Positions 7,392 through 17,462 of a stretch of 64,000 nucleotides of DNA are shown piece by piece. Source of the DNA: Chitinivibrionales bacterium. Lineage in GTDB: Bacteria; Fibrobacterota; Chitinivibrionia; Chitinivibrionales; WJKA01. Under the pieces are notes generated by a model that saw only the letters and a list, made by a program, of their open reading frames with translations, was not told the DNA's origin and ran no database searches. Made by a program: the position numbers and the translations under genes. The stretch is taken from the NCBI GenBank assembly GCA_038247415.1, contig JBBRUX010000008.1:1-64000 (forward strand), read 5' to 3'. The first letter of the stretch is position 1. Each line of letters starts with the position of its first letter.

Positions 7392-8927
7392 ATGCCACTA
7401 TTTATTGTGCTTTTATGCGTTGTGTACGTGATTTGCTCCTTAATTCTTCTTGCCTACGGATTGCAATGCTATGTACTTACATACTTGTTCATCCGTGCCC
7501 GCAAGCCGCGCATGGAGCAGCAACGCGAAAAAATGAAGTACTATAGTGGTATATCAAATTCTAATGAAGCTGTTTTTCCTCTTGTTGTTACGCAGCTACC
7601 TATGTATAACGAACGCACTGTTGCAAAACGTGTCATAGAGGCTGTTGCTGCCATCGATTATCCAACTTCGCGCCACGAAATTCAAGTTCTTGATGATAGC
7701 AACGACGAAACGCGCGCATTTGTCGATGAAACTGTTGCAGCGCTTCAAAAGAAGGGCATCAATATTTCTGTTGTGCGTCGATCCAATCGAATTGGCTATA
7801 AAGCTGGCGCGCTTCAGCACGGACTCGATTTTACTAAGGCAGAATTTGTAGCAATTTTCGATTCCGACTTTGTTCCTCCTGCAGATTTTCTTAAAAAAGC
7901 CATTCCGTTTTTTCTGGATCGCCCAAAGCTTGGATTGGTTCAAGGTCGTTGGACTCACCTCAATCCTAAAGCATCCATGATTACCCGTGGACAAGCAACT
8001 GGTATCGATGGACATTTCATGGTTGAACAAGCCGCTCGCAGCTGGAATGGCCTTTTCATGAATTTCAATGGTACCGCCGGAATTTTCCGTCGTACTGCAA
8101 TCGAAACGTCTGGCGGTTGGCAACACGATACTCTTACCGAAGACATGGATCTTTCTTATAGAATGCAGCTTAAAGGATGGGAATGTGAATACGTTCCAGA
8201 AATCGAAGTGCCTGCAGAAATTCCAGAAGATATGAACGCGTTTAAGAGCCAGCAATTTCGTTGGGCAAAAGGGTCAATTCAAACAGCACTTAAAATTCTC
8301 CCCATGATTCGCGAACAGAAAATTTCTACCTTTAAATTTCTTCAGGCGTTCTTGCATCTTACCCATTATGGCGTTCATCCCCTTATGCTCATGATGGCAG
8401 TTCTCTCTATGCCAATTTTGCTCTTCATAAAAGTAACGTTAGCGCCGTTTATTTTTGCACTCGTTGTTGTTGCTATGGTGCTTGCATCAAGCGGCCCTTC
8501 TACTATGTATATGATATCGCAGCACTTTTTAGGAAACAGATCTATTAAAAAATATTTCTTGATACCTGCTATGATGTTGATTGGTACCGGTCTTGCGGTC
8601 AATAACGGCAAAGCAGTATTCGAAGCGCTATTCAAGAGAGAATCTCCCTTTCATCGTACACCAAAAAAAGGCGAGCACAAAAAGAACTCCTATAAAGCAC
8701 TCAAGGATATTACCCCGCTCTTTGAAATTTTTCTGGGGATCTATTGTCTTGTTAGTGTATATATGTTTTTTGGATATACCAATTTCGTTGTTAGTCCCTT
8801 CCTTATGTTATACGCATCAGGGTTCCTCTTTGTAGGTGGGCTTTCTATCATTCATTTCAAAATGCCTGAGCTTATCGATATCTCGGCAAAGCGAATGATG
8901 CAAAAACTCGGATTTATGCGCGGGTAA
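7392..8927 (+). CDS. Membrane GT2 glycosyltransferase, cellulose-synthase-like (CslA-type)
   Basis: QLPMYNE, QVLDDS, GYKAGAL, IFDSDF, TEDMDLS, QQFRWAKG (D,D,D,QxxRW) plus TM helices. Confidence 0.9.
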   Translation: MPLFIVLLCVVYVICSLILLAYGLQCYVLTYLFIRARKPRMEQQREKMKYYSGISNSNEAVFPLVVTQLPMYNERTVAKRVIEAVAAIDYPTSRHEIQVLDDSNDETRAFVDETVAALQKKGINISVVRRSNRIGYKAGALQHGLDFTKAEFVAIFDSDFVPPADFLKKAIPFFLDRPKLGLVQGRWTHLNPKASMITRGQATGIDGHFMVEQAARSWNGLFMNFNGTAGIFRRTAIETSGGWQHDTLTEDMDLSYRMQLKGWECEYVPEIEVPAEIPEDMNAFKSQQFRWAKGSIQTALKILPMIREQKISTFKFLQAFLHLTHYGVHPLMLMMAVLSMPILLFIKVTLAPFIFALVVVAMVLASSGPSTMYMISQHFLGNRSIKKYFLIPAMMLIGTGLAVNNGKAVFEALFKRESPFHRTPKKGEHKKNSYKALKDITPLFEIFLGIYCLVSVYMFFGYTNFVVSPFLMLYASGFLFVGGLSIIHFKMPELIDISAKRMMQKLGFMRG

Positions 8928-8948
8928 TTTTTTTAGCGCTGGGTAACC

Positions 8949-8988
8949 AAAAGGCTCTCCGATGTAACTTTCATCGGAGAGCCTTTTT
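8949..8988. terminator. Bidirectional intrinsic terminator
   Basis: aaaaggctctccgatg-taacttt-catcggagagccttttt between convergent genes. Confidence 0.85.
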
Positions 8989-9028
8989 AATTTACGGCAC
9001 ATTGAGCGTGCTCGTGTGCATTGTTGCC

Positions 9029-10417
9029 TTATGAGAGCTTTAGGTTTTTGGTCATGGCGCCAATGGCGGCCGCGAAGGTTTCTAGAGATGGATCGCGAGC
9101 GCCCATGCTGATGATACAATCCCCCGGCATAATAATAAGGGCAAGGTAGTCTATCATTTCTTGGCGTTTTGGCATCACCTTCACAGTATGATTTTCATGG
9201 GCAATAGATTGTGCTAGCATGTCAGATGAAACATCTGCAGCGGCTGTACCGCCAACATAATAAATTGGATGCAGCAGAAGAATGTCGTTTTTGTTAAGGC
9301 CATTGATAAATTCTTCCACGAGCTCGTTAAAGAGAAAACGGGTTGGTCCAAAACCGTGTGGTTGAAAGAGTGCGATAACCCGCGTTCCACACAGGTGTGC
9401 GCAAGCGAGAGCAGCCCTTATTTTTTCTGGGTTATGGGCAAAGTCATCGATAACCGTAACGTGTGGGTTGCACTCTTTTCGCGTAAACCTTCTATTGATG
9501 CCTTTAAACGTTGCAACTGGTTGTTGGAGATCTTTAAGGTTGCACCCAACCATAGCGCATGCAGAAAGCGCCGCAAGCAGGTTGCTGGCATTATGACGCC
9601 CTAATGCTGCCAATGCAAATGGTATTCCCCTGAGCGTGAGCGTAATTTTTGTATTGGTACACTCAAGCGAGGTTGGTGTAAAAGAGGCATCTGCCGATTC
9701 GCCAAATGTCGTATGATTGCCGAGGTAGTGCAAACTGGGATAATCGGCATTATAAAGAACATTGGCAGATTGTGAAGCAAGAGTCTTAAAAATTAGTTGC
9801 GTTTCTTCCACGGGCTTATGATCTTTGGACACATTAAGAATTACCGTTAAATGCGGATGATAGCGGGTGCAGCTCCCGTCAGATTCATCTGCCTCAATAA
9901 CGAGCAGGTCTGATGTTCCAGAATAGGCATTGCCAATCATACCCAGGTCTCGCAAACTTGTTAAGTTTGCACCCGAGATCACCGATGGATTTTTTCCAGC
10001 CCCTCGTAGAAAATCAAAAATCATTGCAGTTACGGTCGATTTACCGCTCGTGCCAGCAACAGCTATCGTTGTGTGTAAACGTACTAGAGTATTGAGCAAA
10101 TCTGAACGATGGGCACTCGGTATTCCAAGTCGTTTCGCTTTTTGAATATCTGGATTGTCATCTTCAATTGCCGTAGAAATAATAATAATGCTTGTGGAAG
10201 AAGTAATTCCACTGCCATCCTGAGGGAAAAGCTCACAGCCAAGGGATGTCAAGGAAGTGCGAATGAATGCAGTATCCGGGTTATCCAAAAAACGATCTGA
10301 TCCTGTGACGGTGAGCTTTTTAGCAGAGGCGCATTGAGCAAGTGCGCTCATGCCAGATCCGAATATGCCGACATAATGAATCTGTGTGCATTCGATTCCA
10401 TTAATCGATAATGACAT
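9029..10417 (-). CDS. murC: UDP-N-acetylmuramate--L-alanine ligase-like Mur ligase (MurC/Mpl family)
   Basis: GIFGSGMSALA, GTSGKST, EADESDGS, DDFAHNP, FQPHG. Confidence 0.8.
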   Translation of the reverse strand: MSLSINGIECTQIHYVGIFGSGMSALAQCASAKKLTVTGSDRFLDNPDTAFIRTSLTSLGCELFPQDGSGITSSTSIIIISTAIEDDNPDIQKAKRLGIPSAHRSDLLNTLVRLHTTIAVAGTSGKSTVTAMIFDFLRGAGKNPSVISGANLTSLRDLGMIGNAYSGTSDLLVIEADESDGSCTRYHPHLTVILNVSKDHKPVEETQLIFKTLASQSANVLYNADYPSLHYLGNHTTFGESADASFTPTSLECTNTKITLTLRGIPFALAALGRHNASNLLAALSACAMVGCNLKDLQQPVATFKGINRRFTRKECNPHVTVIDDFAHNPEKIRAALACAHLCGTRVIALFQPHGFGPTRFLFNELVEEFINGLNKNDILLLHPIYYVGGTAAADVSSDMLAQSIAHENHTVKVMPKRQEMIDYLALIIMPGDCIISMGARDPSLETFAAAIGAMTKNLKLS

Positions 10418-10922
10418 AATCGCCTTCTTTCACGTTATCGAAGAGTCTGATGATATCGAGATTGCGCATGCAAACACACCCATGTGAAAAAGGTGTGCCA
10501 ATAAGATGCTCCTTATTGGTACCATGAATATAAACGTATCGATTGAAGGTGTCGATGGTGCCTCCACGGTTGATTCCATCTTCAAGCCCTGCTAAGCGAA
10601 GAATTCTACTTACAATTCTATTGTCGTGCTGATCGGTAGCGTCAATTGTTATGCCGGTGTCTTGACGATCACGGAAAACACGGCCAAGCGGGGCCCCAGC
10701 GCCAATTTTAACGGCAATGCGGTGAATGCCCTGGGGAGTTTGCAAAGAACCTTCAAGGTTGCCAATTCCACGGAGTGCTGTAGAGACGTCGAAATGCTCA
10801 AGGTTTTTTTGGTTCTTTACAAGATACATTTTTTGTTGGCGAACGTTTACGAAAAGATATTTAGAAAGGGTCTTGTCGATGGCATCGAGTCGCATCTTAA
10901 GAAGGGGTGGCAAAAAGCTCAT
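10401..10922 (-). CDS. L,D-transpeptidase (YkuD family)
   Basis: TPQG, IYIHGT-like YVYIHGT..SHGCVCM catalytic motif. Confidence 0.88.
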   Translation of the reverse strand: MSFLPPLLKMRLDAIDKTLSKYLFVNVRQQKMYLVKNQKNLEHFDVSTALRGIGNLEGSLQTPQGIHRIAVKIGAGAPLGRVFRDRQDTGITIDATDQHDNRIVSRILRLAGLEDGINRGGTIDTFNRYVYIHGTNKEHLIGTPFSHGCVCMRNLDIIRLFDNVKEGDYVIID

Positions 10923-11043
10923 GTGAGGAACTGTCCTTGTGTAAATTATCGTTATGTGGGTTTTAATTTTATCGATCGAGACCTTTGCGCTTACTTCTAC
11001 AAAATAATATAATCAATAATGAACCCTCTTAAAAAGGAGTGCT

Positions 11044-11718
11044 ATGTCTATCACCAACTTGCCACCGTCTTTTTCGAATGAAGAGACGTGGCGTATTTTC
11101 AGGATTATGGCAGAATTTGTTGAAGGTTTTGAGACTTTGTCAACTGCAGGTCCCTGCGTAACATTGTTCGGATCTGCGCGGACACCTCGGGACGACCGCT
11201 ACTATGCTCTTGCCGAAACAACGGCTAAAAAGGCCGCCCAGAGCGGGTATGGAGTGATTTCTGGTGGCGGCCCTGGTATTATGGAAGCTGCAAACAAAGG
11301 TGCAACGGAAGGGGGAGGCAAGTCGATAGGTCTTAATATTCAGCTTCCTTTCGAACAAGTATCAAATCCGTATATCAAGACACCTATTAATTTCCGTTAT
11401 TTCTTTATTCGTAAAGTTATGTTTCTCAAGTATACCTCGGCAGTGATTGTTTTCCCGGGGGGCTTTGGAACGCTCGACGAAATGTTTGAAGCCTTAACAC
11501 TTATTCAAACCCAGAAAATTTCCCACCTTCCGCTTATCATGATGGGGTCTGATTATTGGAAAGGGCTAATTGACTGGTTGAAAAAAGAAATGCTTGGAGA
11601 GAAGTATATCAATCCCGAAGACATTGACATGATTAAAGTCACGGATGATCCCGATGAAGCGATCTCAACAATCAACGAGTTCTATCGGAAGCGGGAAGCA
11701 GGTATCAACTTCCTTTGA
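11044..11718 (+). CDS. LOG-family (TIGR00730) nucleotide phosphoribohydrolase
   Basis: GGGPGIMEAAN, RKVMF, PGGFGTLDE. Confidence 0.92.
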   Translation: MSITNLPPSFSNEETWRIFRIMAEFVEGFETLSTAGPCVTLFGSARTPRDDRYYALAETTAKKAAQSGYGVISGGGPGIMEAANKGATEGGGKSIGLNIQLPFEQVSNPYIKTPINFRYFFIRKVMFLKYTSAVIVFPGGFGTLDEMFEALTLIQTQKISHLPLIMMGSDYWKGLIDWLKKEMLGEKYINPEDIDMIKVTDDPDEAISTINEFYRKREAGINFL

Positions 11719-11744
11719 TGTCAAAATTTTTTTTAGAAGATGTA

Positions 11745-11773
11745 TTGACATCTGTTTTTTTACAGGTTATTAT
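11745..11773 (+). promoter_or_regulatory. Sigma-70-type promoter upstream of the histone-like gene
   Basis: TTGACA-N17-TATTAT. Confidence 0.65.
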
Positions 11774-11916
11774 TATTATGAAAGACAGATTTGATGGTAA
11801 CATTGCTTCTGTCAATCATCACACTGGGATGCAAGAATTAGATGTTTGCTCTTAATCAAGAGAGCGGCACCTTGTATCAACAAACCATTCTACAAAACTT
11901 CAAAAGGAGGTTTTTC

Positions 11917-12135
11917 GTGCCAGTGAAAAAGAAAGTCGCCACGAAGAAGGCGGCACCGGCTAAGAAAGTTGTTGCGGTTAAAAAGGCTGTTGCAAAGAAG
12001 GCTGTTGCAAAGAAGGCTGTTGTTAAAAAGACGGTAGCCAAAAAAGTAGTTGCAAAGAAAGCTGCTCCTGCAAAGAAAGCAGTTGCTGTTAAAAAAGCCG
12101 CCCCTGCAAAGAAAAAGGTTGCAAAGAAGAAATAA
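11917..12135 (+). CDS. Histone H1-like Lys/Ala/Val-rich basic protein
   Basis: GTG start after AGGAGG; 72 aa of KKAAPA/KKAVA repeats. Confidence 0.8.
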   Translation: MPVKKKVATKKAAPAKKVVAVKKAVAKKAVAKKAVVKKTVAKKVVAKKAAPAKKAVAVKKAAPAKKKVAKKK

Positions 12136-12156
12136 TCTCTTTGTATGGTGTTTAAG

Positions 12157-12193
12157 AAAAGGCGCTTGTAGTTTATACAAGTGCCTTTTTTTT
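12157..12193 (+). terminator. Intrinsic terminator
   Basis: aaaaggcgcttgta-gttta-tacaagtgcc followed by a T run. Confidence 0.85.
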
Positions 12194-12290
12194 GTCCTTG
12201 CATTGCAGAGAATTGTTTTGAACATAGGTCTTGCTATGTGTTTTGGCATCTTGTAATTTAATTGCGCACAATTTTTATTAAAGGCCTAAT

Positions 12291-14477
12291 TTGTTTGGTA
12301 TGATTCAATTCTCACGACAAATATCAGAAATCTTCAGTGTATCAGAAACTCTTGCAAAAGAGTTCTGTATCTCCTTCGAAAACGGTGATAACGTTTATTA
12401 TTTATCCGATTATCATTCTATAATTAGTGTTGAGCTCGAAACTTCTCAGGTTTTTGAAATTTATGCATTTCTTACTAAAGTTGCTTCGCTTTCAGCTAAA
12501 AAAAAGCGCCTTATAAATGGGCTTATTAAAGCTAACAAAAACGATAAAGCCCTCGAAGATCGCATTCAGTATATAACAGCCGAACACGAAATAGATGATC
12601 TCCTCGCTGGATTGCATTTAAATCCTCGAAGTCGCGGACAAATAGCCCTTGCTAAAGGCATTGGTCCTCTTGTTGACGAGATCCTTGCTCAAAAAGACGG
12701 TGACACAACGCTAGAAGAATTGGCATCGCCCTATGTTGGAAAAGATCCATCATTTGCTACTGCCGAAGATGTTCTTGCGGCTGCATCAGATGTTATTGTA
12801 GAACGATTTGGAACCGATGAAACCGCTCGCTCCATGACGCGCGATTGTGCATTTGAAAAAGGTCTCATTGAAGTAACTCCAAAAGTTAAAAAAGACAAAC
12901 GCTTTACAGCATACGCAGGAAAACTGGTTACTCTTGCCGATGTGCCACAAGAAAATTTGCAAATGCTTCTCGCTGCCGAAGACGAAAAGGCAGCTCGCGT
13001 TAAAATTACGGTACAATTGTTCGCCATCTCTGAACTATTGCGACAGCACTTCATAGAAAATCCCGATTCACTTTCGTTTGATTTTTTATGTATCGCAATC
13101 GACGAATGCTACAGCCGCTGGTTACAGCCAATTGTTGAACGAGATGTTAAAGATCGCATCAAGAGTGATGCAGAAACAATTTTGCTACGCACCATTTCTG
13201 TCGATCTCGAAAAGACTCTTTCAGAATCGGCTGCGGTTGTTTCGGGTAGTTATCTTTCAATTGGTGCCCCCGAAGCAGATCACATTCCGCTTATTGCCTT
13301 CGACTCAACGGGAAAATTACTTCAGGCAACTTCTGTAAAAAGCTTTACTCTCGACAGAGTTGTTTTTTCTACTCGTCTTAAGCAAATTATTTTGCGCAAT
13401 CGGCCAAGCATCATTATTACTCCAACGCACGAAACGTCCGATGCTTTAGAAGAGCTTATCAAGCGCGCTCTCCACGATGAAGTTTTCTCCTGCACAATTA
13501 CTCGCTTGGCGCCCGATGTAGATTGCTCTGCTCTTGTTGCCTCCGAATGGATGTCTTTAACCTGTGCCGATCTTGATATGGCATTGCGTAAAGCATTTGC
13601 TAACGGGATATTGTTTGCAAAGCCCCTGGGATTAGTTCCCCATATCGGAACGCGTCATTTTGCCTTGCATCCAAAGCAACATCTAATTTCCGAAGCTCGT
13701 TTTAATGAAGTATTTAATCGTATTATCGTCTCAACAGAGCTTCATAAAGGTTTGATTCTTTCTAAGTTTTTTGATTCTGCAGCTGCAAAAGAATTAGTGG
13801 AGCCAGAACAGCTTGCAATTCTTAGAAAAAATGTTTCAAGCATCACTAGCAAAGCATTAATCCAGACGATTCCAGGCCTTACGCCTGCAACAGCACATGC
13901 TATTTCGGGGTATCTTGTTATCACCGATGCTGTTGATCCAATCGATCGTACAACGGTGCATCCAAATCATGCTGGTCTTGTAAAAGAAATCGCATCGCAG
14001 CTTGGCGTATCACTCGAGTCTATTATTTCTGATCCTGGAAGTATTCGATCGATTCCCTGCGATGACTTTGCTCTAAAAATTTACATCGAGAAAAAACTGA
14101 TTGGCCAACTGCAAGTCGGTCAGAAATATGTTTCTGCTTCTGCTAATACCATTCGACGCAAGCTTAAGCTCACCGAAATTACCGAAGACTCAGTTGTTGC
14201 TGGTCGCGTAACAAACGTTACACCCTTTGGTGTTTTTGTTGATATTAATGCAGTATGCGATGGTCTTATCCATATATCGCAGCTCGCTGATGGCTATGTA
14301 GAAACTCCCGATCAGGTGGTTTCGGTTAACGATCGTATCAAGGTACGAATTGTAAAGGTTGATGTTAAAAAACGAAGAATTTCTCTCTCCATGAAAGGCC
14401 TTGGCGATCAGGGCCCTCGCATTAAGCCTACTCAAAATCATCTATCTAATCTCGCCGATCATTTTAAAAAACGCTAA
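12291..14477 (+). CDS. Divergent Tex-like protein with C-terminal S1 RNA-binding domain
   Basis: RSRGQIALAKGIGPL, DPIDRTTVHP, and S1 domain GRVTNVTPFGVFVDI..DGLIHISQL. Confidence 0.8.
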   Translation: MFGMIQFSRQISEIFSVSETLAKEFCISFENGDNVYYLSDYHSIISVELETSQVFEIYAFLTKVASLSAKKKRLINGLIKANKNDKALEDRIQYITAEHEIDDLLAGLHLNPRSRGQIALAKGIGPLVDEILAQKDGDTTLEELASPYVGKDPSFATAEDVLAAASDVIVERFGTDETARSMTRDCAFEKGLIEVTPKVKKDKRFTAYAGKLVTLADVPQENLQMLLAAEDEKAARVKITVQLFAISELLRQHFIENPDSLSFDFLCIAIDECYSRWLQPIVERDVKDRIKSDAETILLRTISVDLEKTLSESAAVVSGSYLSIGAPEADHIPLIAFDSTGKLLQATSVKSFTLDRVVFSTRLKQIILRNRPSIIITPTHETSDALEELIKRALHDEVFSCTITRLAPDVDCSALVASEWMSLTCADLDMALRKAFANGILFAKPLGLVPHIGTRHFALHPKQHLISEARFNEVFNRIIVSTELHKGLILSKFFDSAAAKELVEPEQLAILRKNVSSITSKALIQTIPGLTPATAHAISGYLVITDAVDPIDRTTVHPNHAGLVKEIASQLGVSLESIISDPGSIRSIPCDDFALKIYIEKKLIGQLQVGQKYVSASANTIRRKLKLTEITEDSVVAGRVTNVTPFGVFVDINAVCDGLIHISQLADGYVETPDQVVSVNDRIKVRIVKVDVKKRRISLSMKGLGDQGPRIKPTQNHLSNLADHFKKR

Positions 14478-14579
14478 ATAAAATTAAGGCAAATCGGGCA
14501 TTCCGGGTTGCCCGTCGCCGCTTCTTACGGGCCTTTGCTTCGCACGTTTGAAGGTGGACGAATAGACTTACAGGTGGTA

Positions 14580-16250
14580 TCACATCGATTCCGGCGACGA
14601 AACTCCCAAAAGTGATAACGACAAAGCCAATAGGTTTTTAACGCCTTTGGTGAGCAAGAGTCGGCTTTTAGAAAGTTCGCGATCTTCGATAAGAATGCGA
14701 TGTTTTTGGTAAAACGAGTGGAACTGTGCCGATAAGGTTTCGCAGAATGTGGGGATTTTGTGAGGTTCAACGGCAATGACGCAATGCATGAGGATTGCTG
14801 GGAATTCGTGAATGAGTTTAACGAGTGCCATTTCTTCGGGTTCAACAAGGCGCGCAAAATCGGCCCCGTCTATTTCTTCTTTTGTAAAACCGTTGTTTGC
14901 AGCATGGCGTAAAAGGCTGCAGGTTCGTGCATGAGCATATTGCACATAAAAAACAGGATTTTCGTCGCTTTTTTTGGTTGCCAAATCGAGGTCGAAATCG
15001 AAATGGCTGGATATTTTTCGCATGAGGAAGAAATACCGGGCTGCATCAACACCCACTTCTTTGAGTAAATCGGCAATGGTAACAAAGTCGCCTTTGCGCT
15101 TAGACATTTTAAAGGGTTGCCCATTGCGAATTAGGTTGACTTGCTGAATAATAAAATTACGGAACTGGGTTCCAGAGGCATCGAGCGTTTTTACAGCAGC
15201 TTCGAGCCTTGGAAGGTAGCCATGATGATCGGGGCCCCAGAATGTGTATGATTCATCGTAGCCACGCGATGCTTTATGTAAATGATATGCAAGATCTGCA
15301 AGAAAGTAGGTTGGGGTGCCATCGGTACGCACTATAACGCGGTCTTTTTCGTCGCCATAGGCGCTGGATTTAAACCATACTGCACCATCTGCCGAGTAGA
15401 TATGTCCACCAGTTTTAAGTTGTTCGCGTGCCGCTTCTACCATTCCGCTTTTGTGAAGTTCACTTTCGGGAAACCATTTGTCGTAGACAACACCATATTC
15501 CAAAAGAATGGACTTTTGTTGTGCGATATTTCGTTTAAGAGCTTCGGTTTTAAAAAGCAGAGTTTTTTCATTGTCGGGTTGGTTTTCGATCTCTGGAAAA
15601 TCTGCTGCAATAGATTTCGCAAGATCTATTATGTATTCTCCTGCGTACCCTTCTTCGGGAATCGGGATTGTGATACCTTTACTTTCGGCATACCGAGAGA
15701 GGATCGAAAGACCCAAAAGTTCGATCTGGTTACCACAATCGTTGATATAAAATTCTTTATGGACTTCATGACCTATCCATTCGTTGAGGCGAGCCATGAC
15801 ATCGCCTATTGCTGCTGCCCGACCATTGACAACTACCATGGGCCCTGTTGGATTGGCGCTCACAAATTCAAAAAGCATTTTTTTGGGAAATGTTACTTGA
15901 TTGCGACCAAAGTTGGATGGGTTAGTGACAACTTCGCGAAGGACATTGTCCAGATACCTTGTACTCATGCAAAAGTTTATGAAGCCACCTGTTATTGTTG
16001 AGAGTAGTTCTTTGTCAACAACAACATAGGTTTCGTCCCAGGCAAAGTGCTGCATAATGGTTATGGCAACTTCTTTTGGGGGTTTGCGCATGGTCTTTGC
16101 AAGAGAGAGAGCTACCGTGGTAGCAAAGTCGCCATAGGTTGCATTTTTTGGCTTTTCGAGAATGATCGATTCGATGCTTGCAGATTCACTGGGAAATGCA
16201 GCAGTCACCGCGGCATGCAAATTTTGTACGAGATAGGTGCGAATATCCAT
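14580..16250 (-). CDS. argS: Arginine--tRNA ligase
   Basis: EFVSANPTGP, GDEKDRV, WGPDHHGY, MSKRKG, YVQYAHAR; start placed at MDIRTY (16250). Confidence 0.95.
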   Translation of the reverse strand: MDIRTYLVQNLHAAVTAAFPSESASIESIILEKPKNATYGDFATTVALSLAKTMRKPPKEVAITIMQHFAWDETYVVVDKELLSTITGGFINFCMSTRYLDNVLREVVTNPSNFGRNQVTFPKKMLFEFVSANPTGPMVVVNGRAAAIGDVMARLNEWIGHEVHKEFYINDCGNQIELLGLSILSRYAESKGITIPIPEEGYAGEYIIDLAKSIAADFPEIENQPDNEKTLLFKTEALKRNIAQQKSILLEYGVVYDKWFPESELHKSGMVEAAREQLKTGGHIYSADGAVWFKSSAYGDEKDRVIVRTDGTPTYFLADLAYHLHKASRGYDESYTFWGPDHHGYLPRLEAAVKTLDASGTQFRNFIIQQVNLIRNGQPFKMSKRKGDFVTIADLLKEVGVDAARYFFLMRKISSHFDFDLDLATKKSDENPVFYVQYAHARTCSLLRHAANNGFTKEEIDGADFARLVEPEEMALVKLIHEFPAILMHCVIAVEPHKIPTFCETLSAQFHSFYQKHRILIEDRELSKSRLLLTKGVKNLLALSLSLLGVSSPESM

Positions 16251-16252
16251 GG

Positions 16253-16621
16253 TTATTCCTTTTCTGGTCCCTTTGCAAGTCGTTCGTGCCAGAGTGATGT
16301 AAGATCGTAGCGATTGAGCGACTCGGTATCCATGATGTGAACGATGACATCGCCGTAATCGACGAGAAGCCATGTGGCACCTTCGTCTCCTTCACTTTGC
16401 CAAGGGGAAATCTTGTGATCTTTGAGAGTTCCAATAATGCCATCAAATATTGCACGGAGATGAACGCTGTTATCGGAACTTGCGATAACAAACCAATCGC
16501 AGGGGGCAATAATGCCGCGCACATCGATTGCTTCGATAGAATCTGCTTTTTTATCGGCTGCTGCAGAACAAATAAGATCTACAAGCTCTTTACCGCCAAT
16601 AACAACTTTGTCTGACTTCAT
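16253..16621 (-). CDS. rsfS: Ribosome silencing factor (Iojap)
   Basis: DKKA..CDWFVIAS..WLLVDYGDVIVHIM..YDL..LW. Confidence 0.93.
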   Translation of the reverse strand: MKSDKVVIGGKELVDLICSAAADKKADSIEAIDVRGIIAPCDWFVIASSDNSVHLRAIFDGIIGTLKDHKISPWQSEGDEGATWLLVDYGDVIVHIMDTESLNRYDLTSLWHERLAKGPEKE

Positions 16622-17043
16622 CGGGATTTCCTTTGATAATCTGCACCTAAAATAACCGTCACATCGAAACGATCGTCGGATGTACGAAAGAGAAAAACAT
16701 TATCTGGATCAAGAGCCATGGCAACGCCAACCTGACGTGCTATCGACATATCCTGGGTTCGGGCAATGATCAGTGTAGACTGATAATTATAAAAGTCTGC
16801 ATTGCCAATACCATCGTTTTTTACATCAAAACCCGATGCTCGCAATTCATCGGCTGCAATCCATGACATACCTGGCGTCCCGCATCCGTTAAGGATTTGT
16901 ATTCTTCCAATAGAAGGTATTGCGCCTTGTGAAGAACTTGAAGCCTTAGACTTTTTTGGAACATCCGATCCTGACTTGTGGCCCAAAAACATTGCGGCAC
17001 CTAAAAAGGCACATACGATTCCAAATATAATCAGGTTACGCAT
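16618..17043 (-). CDS. LytR C-terminal domain membrane protein
   Basis: N-terminal TM; IQILNGCGTPG..GNAD..DVTVILGADY. Confidence 0.85.
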   Translation of the reverse strand: MRNLIIFGIVCAFLGAAMFLGHKSGSDVPKKSKASSSSQGAIPSIGRIQILNGCGTPGMSWIAADELRASGFDVKNDGIGNADFYNYQSTLIIARTQDMSIARQVGVAMALDPDNVFLFRTSDDRFDVTVILGADYQRKSR

Positions 17044-17099
17044 AATGGTGAACCAGATCCGGGCACATCCGCCAACTCATAGCCAAAAAAGAGGCTGCA

Positions 17100-17459
17100 T
17101 CATGTGCCAAAGCGATCGTTGCGAGGCTGGTTTTGTACGCAGAGAATTTGTGGAATATGGGATGCAATTTCATCGGGTGTAAGCATTCCGTAGGTTAATA
17201 TCATTACTTTGTCGCCTACCAGTCCAAGTCGAGCAGCTGGTCCATTGAGTTCTATTGCACCAGAGCCTTTGTCGCCTTTAATGACATAGGTTGTAAATCG
17301 TTCCCCATTGTTGACATTAAGAACATCTACCGCTTCGTTAGGGAGGATACCCGTTGCCACAAGATAGTCTTCATCAATGGTGATGCTTCCTTCGTAATCG
17401 AAGTGCGTTGCAGTGATTTGGACATCGCGAATTTTTGCAAAAAGAAATCGACGCAGCAT
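17100..17459 (-). CDS. panD: Aspartate 1-decarboxylase
   Basis: YEGSITID, NNGERFTTY, LNGPAAR. Confidence 0.94.
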   Translation of the reverse strand: MLRRFLFAKIRDVQITATHFDYEGSITIDEDYLVATGILPNEAVDVLNVNNGERFTTYVIKGDKGSGAIELNGPAARLGLVGDKVMILTYGMLTPDEIASHIPQILCVQNQPRNDRFGT

Positions 17460-17462
17460 ACA

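Noticed and set aside
11877..12249. Phe/Ala/Thr-rich antisense ORFs
   Set aside because: Reverse-strand shadows of the Lys/Ala repeat gene.
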